Origin: Candidatus Moraniibacteriota bacterium
GTDB taxonomy: Bacteria; Patescibacteriota; Minisyncoccia; Moranbacterales; UBA2206
NCBI GenBank assembly: GCA_037132035.1
Contig: JBAXPY010000003.1
Coordinates: 1 to 32,417, forward strand
Direction: 5' to 3'
DNA: 32,417 nt
Numbering within the stretch: the first letter of the stretch is position 1; each line of letters starts with the position of its first letter. The notes below the pieces were generated by a model that saw nothing but the letters and a program-made list of their open reading frames with translations, was not told where the DNA came from and did no database searches. A program made the translations under genes and the position numbers. Shown piece after piece: positions 28,205 through 32,417 of the stretch.

Positions 28205-28355
28205 CATCCTCTCCCTTAGGGAGAGGATGTCCGAAGGACAGGTGAGGGAAAAGGGTGTTATTGAAAAAGAAAAGTTATATAGATAGTAACGGTTATTGTT
28301 GAACGGCTTCTCCCTCATCCGGCTTTCAGCCACCTTCTCCCTAATGGAGAAGGGG
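28205..28355. repeat. paired-end double-hairpin element (CCTCTCCC/GGGAGAGG ... CCCTCA family)
   Basis: Left CATCCTCTCCC-tta-GGGAGAGGATG, TGTCC-gaa-GGACA, GGTGAGGG; right CCCTCATCC, GGCT-ttc-AGCC, CCTTCTCC-ctaat-GGAGAAGG. Confidence 0.8.
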
Positions 28356-28386
28356 AAATAAATAGAAATTGCCATTTTCATTTTTT

Positions 28387-29568
28387 ATGCAAAAAAATAT
28401 AAAAATTATCACCGAACATTGGGGCAAAATTAATCCTTTGAAAATAGAGGACTACGTTTTTGTTGGTGGTTACGAGGCGCTTAAAAAATTCATTGAAAAA
28501 TCAGATTCAAAAGGCGCATTGGAAGCAGTGAAATTATCGAGACTTTCTGGGCGAGGTGGGGCGGGCTTTTTAACAGGAGTGAAATGGGAAATGGTCGCCG
28601 CGCAGAAAGGTGAAAAATATTTTGTTTGTAATTTAGATGAATCAGAGCCGGGGACGTATAAGGATCGGTTAATTGCAGAAAATAACCCGCATTTACTTTT
28701 AGAAGGGATAGTTCTTTCCGCTCTCACAATTGGCGCGAAAAAAAGTTATATCTATCTCAATGGAAATTACGAAAAAGCAAAGGAAGTTTTAGCGCGAGCA
28801 ATTTTGCAGGCCCAAGAGCGTAAATTTTTAGGGACAAAAATATTGGGATCAAAATATTCATTAGAGATTGAGATTTTTTCTGGCGCCGGAGCCTATATCT
28901 GCGGAGAAGAAACGGCGCTCTTGAGTTCCATCGAAGGTAATCGCGGAGAACCAAAAATGCGGCCACCCTATCCAACGGAAAGTGGACTTTTCGGAAAACC
29001 TACGGTAGTGAATAATGCTGAAACGATTACTAATATTCCCTGGATTATCCAAAATGGCGGAAAAAAGTATCTCAAGTGCGCTACAAAATTATTTGTGCTT
29101 GGTGGATCTGTTAAGAATGTGGGTGTATTTGAGGCTCCAATCGCTACTACGATAGATGAGGCAATTACTAAATTGGGGGGAGGAATGCAGGAGGGTAAGG
29201 AATTTTGGTTCGCCCAAGTTGGTGGGGCATCTGGAGGGCTATATCTCGAAAAAGAGCTAGGCAGGACTATTCTAGGGTCAGGTGCAATTTTGGTGGTGGA
29301 TAAAACTGCTAATATTTACGACCTATTATTATCCTGGACGGGTTTTTTTCGAAGAGAATCATGTGGAAAATGTGTGCCATGCCGTGAAGGGACCTTTCGC
29401 CTACATGAAATTGCTGAACGCTTAGCAGATGGCGAAATAGCTGATCGTGATAAAGAAGCACTGAATGATATTTTATGGACGCTAGAAAATACAACCTTTT
29501 GTCCATTGGGAAAATTTGCTGCCGTAGCGGTGCGAGATGCGATTGATAAGTTAGGAATTTTGAAATAA
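28387..29568 (+). CDS. NuoF/HydB-like FMN/NADH-binding [4Fe-4S] subunit (short form)
   Basis: LSGRGGAGF, CNLDESEPGTYKDR, GAGAYICGEETAL, NNAET, ESCGKCVPCREG...FCPLG; ATG at 28387. Confidence 0.93.
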   Translation: MQKNIKIITEHWGKINPLKIEDYVFVGGYEALKKFIEKSDSKGALEAVKLSRLSGRGGAGFLTGVKWEMVAAQKGEKYFVCNLDESEPGTYKDRLIAENNPHLLLEGIVLSALTIGAKKSYIYLNGNYEKAKEVLARAILQAQERKFLGTKILGSKYSLEIEIFSGAGAYICGEETALLSSIEGNRGEPKMRPPYPTESGLFGKPTVVNNAETITNIPWIIQNGGKKYLKCATKLFVLGGSVKNVGVFEAPIATTIDEAITKLGGGMQEGKEFWFAQVGGASGGLYLEKELGRTILGSGAILVVDKTANIYDLLLSWTGFFRRESCGKCVPCREGTFRLHEIAERLADGEIADRDKEALNDILWTLENTTFCPLGKFAAVAVRDAIDKLGILK

Positions 29569-29571
29569 ATT

Positions 29572-30612
29572 ATGCAAATCAAAATCAATAACAAAAAATA
29601 TTCTGCAAAAGTGGGGGAAACTATTTTCCAAGTTTGCATGCGCGAGGGAATAAAAATTCCGACGCTTTGTGGAGCAAAATTTTCCCACGAAGGGCTATGT
29701 CGAATTTGCGTGGTGGAGTTTACTGGGCGCCTTATTACTTCTTGTAACACTAAAGTTTGCAAAGATATGGAGCTTGTCACGGAAAGTGAAAAAATCTCTA
29801 AAGCAAGAAGGATTAATCTGGAACTACTCTGGGCTGACCACGCGGGGAAATGCGCGACTTGCAAGAAAAATCGCCTGTGTGATTTGCAAAAGTTGGCCGA
29901 GGAATACAAGATTGAAAACTTCCATTTTGTGCCAAGGAAAGGCGAAATGACTAATAGCGAGGAGCAAAAACTGCTTCGTGATAATTGGTCACGAGTTGTC
30001 GTGGAAAATGAAAATCCTTGCATTTCGCGTAACTCAGAGTTTTGTGTGGAATGTCGCAAGTGCATCAATATTTGTCCGGAAAAGAAATTTGGATTCAATC
30101 ATCGCGCAAGAGATGTGGTTGTCGGGACGCCATACGAAAAAGTGCTGAATTGTAGTTTTTGCGGAAAATGCGTTGAGGTGTGCCCCGTGGCGGCACTCAC
30201 TGATCAAAACGATTTTTCAAAAATAATTGAAGATTTGGATGATTTGAAAAAGTTTTCTGTGGTGGTCATTGATTTGGAAATGGACGGAAAAATAAGGGAG
30301 CAGTTGAAAAATATTTCTCACGAGCAAAATTTTGAAAAAATATTTTTTGATTTAGGTTTTGAAAAAATAATAAAACTAGAAGAAAAAGATCGAAATGAGG
30401 AAGATGAGATTATGAAACAAATTAAAACTGATTATGCTCGAAAAGAAAAAATTGATCCAAAAAATATTTGCATGTTTTTTATTTCTTCTAAAATTTATAA
30501 AAAAGTTCGCAAGAATGAATATTTGGACTATGTCCTGTCGGAGCGGGAAGTAGTGAGGTTGGTGAGAGATAGAGGAAATATTGTAGCGGGGAAAATGAAA
30601 ATTAAAGCTTAG
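29572..30612 (+). CDS. HydA/HndD/NuoG-like FeS subunit with degenerate, truncated [FeFe] H-domain
   Basis: [2Fe-2S] (PTLC..CRIC..SC), HxxxCxxCx5C, two [4Fe-4S] motifs (CVECRKC..CP, CSFCGKC..CP); no H-cluster motifs. Confidence 0.85.
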   Translation: MQIKINNKKYSAKVGETIFQVCMREGIKIPTLCGAKFSHEGLCRICVVEFTGRLITSCNTKVCKDMELVTESEKISKARRINLELLWADHAGKCATCKKNRLCDLQKLAEEYKIENFHFVPRKGEMTNSEEQKLLRDNWSRVVVENENPCISRNSEFCVECRKCINICPEKKFGFNHRARDVVVGTPYEKVLNCSFCGKCVEVCPVAALTDQNDFSKIIEDLDDLKKFSVVVIDLEMDGKIREQLKNISHEQNFEKIFFDLGFEKIIKLEEKDRNEEDEIMKQIKTDYARKEKIDPKNICMFFISSKIYKKVRKNEYLDYVLSEREVVRLVRDRGNIVAGKMKIKA

Positions 30613-30621
30613 ATAAGGCCT

Positions 30622-30825
30622 ATGTGTCTCGCGATCCCAGGAAAAATTATGGCAATTAAAAATCAACTGGCGACAGTTGATTTTGATGGTATTGAAAAAG
30701 AAATCAATATTTCATTAGTGGATGCTAAGATTGGTGAATACGTTATGGTGCATGCTGGTTTTGCGATTGAGAAAATGGATGATGAATATGCAAAAGAGAT
30801 GATGGGGTATTTGGGGAAAAAGTAA
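30622..30825 (+). CDS. hypC: [NiFe] hydrogenase maturation chaperone HypC
   Basis: MCLAIPG, GEYVMVHAGFAI. Confidence 0.97.
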   Translation: MCLAIPGKIMAIKNQLATVDFDGIEKEINISLVDAKIGEYVMVHAGFAIEKMDDEYAKEMMGYLGKK

Positions 30826-30826
30826 T

Positions 30827-31867
30827 ATGCAACCTACTGCGGACAAAATCATAGAGGATATTCAAAAAAAGGCGGCCCAGATCGGTCGACCTTTACGGTT
30901 CATGGAGCTTTGCGGTACGCATTCACAGACAATTGCGGAGCATGGGATCAAAAAACTGATGCCAAAAAATATCACACTTGTTTCTGGTCCTGGATGTCCG
31001 GTTTGCGTGACGGATCAATCAGACATTGATATTGTCGTTGGTCTTGCGCTAGCAGGAATTCCAACCGCTGTTTATGGAGATACGATACAAGTACCTGGAA
31101 ATTTAATGAGTCTTGAAGAAGCGAAAAGATTTGGCGCTGATGTGCAGATTGTTTATTCAATCACCGAAGCAGTTGAGTCGCAAAAAGAAAAATCCAATTT
31201 AGTTTTTTTTGGACTTGGTTTTGAAACGACGACGGGAATGACGGCCTGGGCGATAAAAGAGGGGCTCACGGTTTATAGCGCCCACAAACTTTTTCCGCCT
31301 GCGATGCAAGCACTTCTTGAAAACAAAAAAATCCGAGTCGACGGTTTTATCGATCCGGGGCATGTGAGTGCCATAATTGGCACAGAAGTCTATCAAAAAT
31401 TCAATATCCCTCAGGTCGTGGCTGGTTTTTCTGGTGAAGATGTTTTAGTTGCAATCAATGTGCTGCTTACACAGATCTTGGAAAACAAGTCTCGTGTGGA
31501 AAATGCTTACGGTAGGCTAGTGAAAAAGGGAGGAAATAAAAAAGCGCTAAAGTTAATCAACGAAGTTTTTGAAGTTAGTGATGCGAAGTGGCGAGGCCTT
31601 GGAGAAATCAAGAATTCTGGACTAAAAATTCGAAAAAAATATCAGGCACAAGATGCGGAATTTGTGCATGGGAAATTGATCGAAAAAATAAAAAAAGAAA
31701 TAAGGCCAAAACCAAGCGCTTGCAGGTGCGGATTGGTTTTGCAAGGACTTCTTGAGCCAAAAGATTGTTTACTGTTTAGGAAAGTTTGCACGCCGAATAG
31801 CCCACAGGGGGCTTGCATGGTTTCGGTGGAGGGGAGTTGTAATGTGGAATATAGATATGATAATTGA
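30827..31867 (+). CDS. hypD: [NiFe] hydrogenase maturation protein HypD
   Basis: MELCGTH, GPGCPVCVT, GFETT, PGHVS, CTPxxPxGACMVSxEGSC. Confidence 0.97.
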   Translation: MQPTADKIIEDIQKKAAQIGRPLRFMELCGTHSQTIAEHGIKKLMPKNITLVSGPGCPVCVTDQSDIDIVVGLALAGIPTAVYGDTIQVPGNLMSLEEAKRFGADVQIVYSITEAVESQKEKSNLVFFGLGFETTTGMTAWAIKEGLTVYSAHKLFPPAMQALLENKKIRVDGFIDPGHVSAIIGTEVYQKFNIPQVVAGFSGEDVLVAINVLLTQILENKSRVENAYGRLVKKGGNKKALKLINEVFEVSDAKWRGLGEIKNSGLKIRKKYQAQDAEFVHGKLIEKIKKEIRPKPSACRCGLVLQGLLEPKDCLLFRKVCTPNSPQGACMVSVEGSCNVEYRYDN

Positions 31868-31881
31868 AATGCTTTCTTTTG

Positions 31882-31905
31882 TGTCATTCCCGCACAGGAA
31901 TGACA
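31882..31905. repeat. collapsed copy C of the TGTCAT...ATGACA element
   Basis: TGTCATTCC-cgcaca-GGAATGACA, same termini as copies A and B. Confidence 0.65.
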
Positions 31906-31951
31906 AAAAGGGGTAGTTTTAGCTTGGAAAGTGCAATGTAAGAATAACTCT

Positions 31952-32417
31952 ATGGAAAAAATAAAAAATAAATTTATAGAATTGGAAGATGGTGGCGGAG
32001 GCGAAAAGTCATCAAAGCTTATCTCTGAGATTAGAAAGTTTTTCCTTGTATCAAAAAAATGGGAAAATACCAAAGATGATGGGGCTGTATATGATCTGGG
32101 AAAGGAAAAATTAGTCTTCACAACTGATGCGTTTATTGTGGATCCAATTTTTTTTCCGGGCGGAGACATTGGGAAAATCGCCATTTGCGGGACGATTAAT
32201 GATCTCTCGGTGATGGGCGCGCTGCCGATTGGAATATCACTCAGTGTTGTGATTGAGGAAGGCTTTCCCCTGGAAGATTTGAAAAAAATAATGCAGTCAA
32301 TCGGAAAAATTTCCAAGGAGACCGGTGTGCCGATTGTGACGGGGGACACTAAGGTGACCGAAAAAGGCAAAATCGACAAGATTGAAATTACGACTTCTGG
32401 CGTGGGGCTCGCTAAGA
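31952..32417 (+). CDS. hypE: [NiFe] hydrogenase maturation protein HypE, runs off the window end
   Basis: Own translation from ATG 31952: GGGG, DDGA, FTTDAFIVDPIFFPGGDIGK, CGTINDL, IVTGDTKV; not in the ORF track because no stop is reached. Confidence 0.95.
   Translation, partial: MEKIKNKFIELEDGGGGEKSSKLISEIRKFFLVSKKWENTKDDGAVYDLGKEKLVFTTDAFIVDPIFFPGGDIGKIAICGTINDLSVMGALPIGISLSVVIEEGFPLEDLKKIMQSIGKISKETGVPIVTGDTKVTEKGKIDKIEITTSGVGLAK

Noticed and set aside
29316-30098. 260-aa minus-strand ORF
   Set aside because: Antisense to FeS subunits with intact motifs; no features of its own
27746-30612. Respiratory complex I (nuoEFG)
   Set aside because: No other nuo genes adjacent; the third subunit lacks the long NuoG molybdopterin-fold region; hyp genes follow
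31642-32379. 245-aa minus-strand ORF
   Set aside because: Antisense shadow of hypD and hypE
1-32417. Genetic code 25 (TGA=Gly), tRNA/rRNA genes, transposases
   Set aside because: TGA ends argS at its conserved APEKM terminus and conserved genes need no readthrough; no cloverleaf, rRNA or transposase motifs seen

Overview
AT-rich bacterial chromosome segment with every credible gene on the + strand, using the standard genetic code (TGA is a stop in the ruvX, argS and dedA-family genes). Absence of rpmD (L30), scarce Shine-Dalgarno motifs and the gene set suggest a Patescibacteria/CPR (Parcubacteria-like) genome; this is inference only. 531-14428: tuf followed by the S10-spc ribosomal protein cluster, secY, adk and map, with no infA/alpha operon after it. 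14605-27624: ruvX, a secreted SGNH hydrolase, argS, two AlkD-like paralogs (one frameshifted) flanking a GT-C glycosyltransferase, a beta-propeller protein, GT2, galT, dedA, tpiA and fba. 27746-end: a NuoE/NuoF/HydA-like FeS module followed by the [NiFe] maturation genes hypC, hypD and hypE (hypE cut off by the window end). Most interesting: (1) the third redox subunit looks like an [FeFe]-hydrogenase whose H-cluster domain has collapsed, yet it is coupled to [NiFe] maturases; (2) several unrelated families of ORF-less paired-end palindromic elements sit just after stop codons, one at the missing rpmD position and one at the spc/alpha operon break; (3) an attenuator-like RNA structure lies between rpsJ and rplC.
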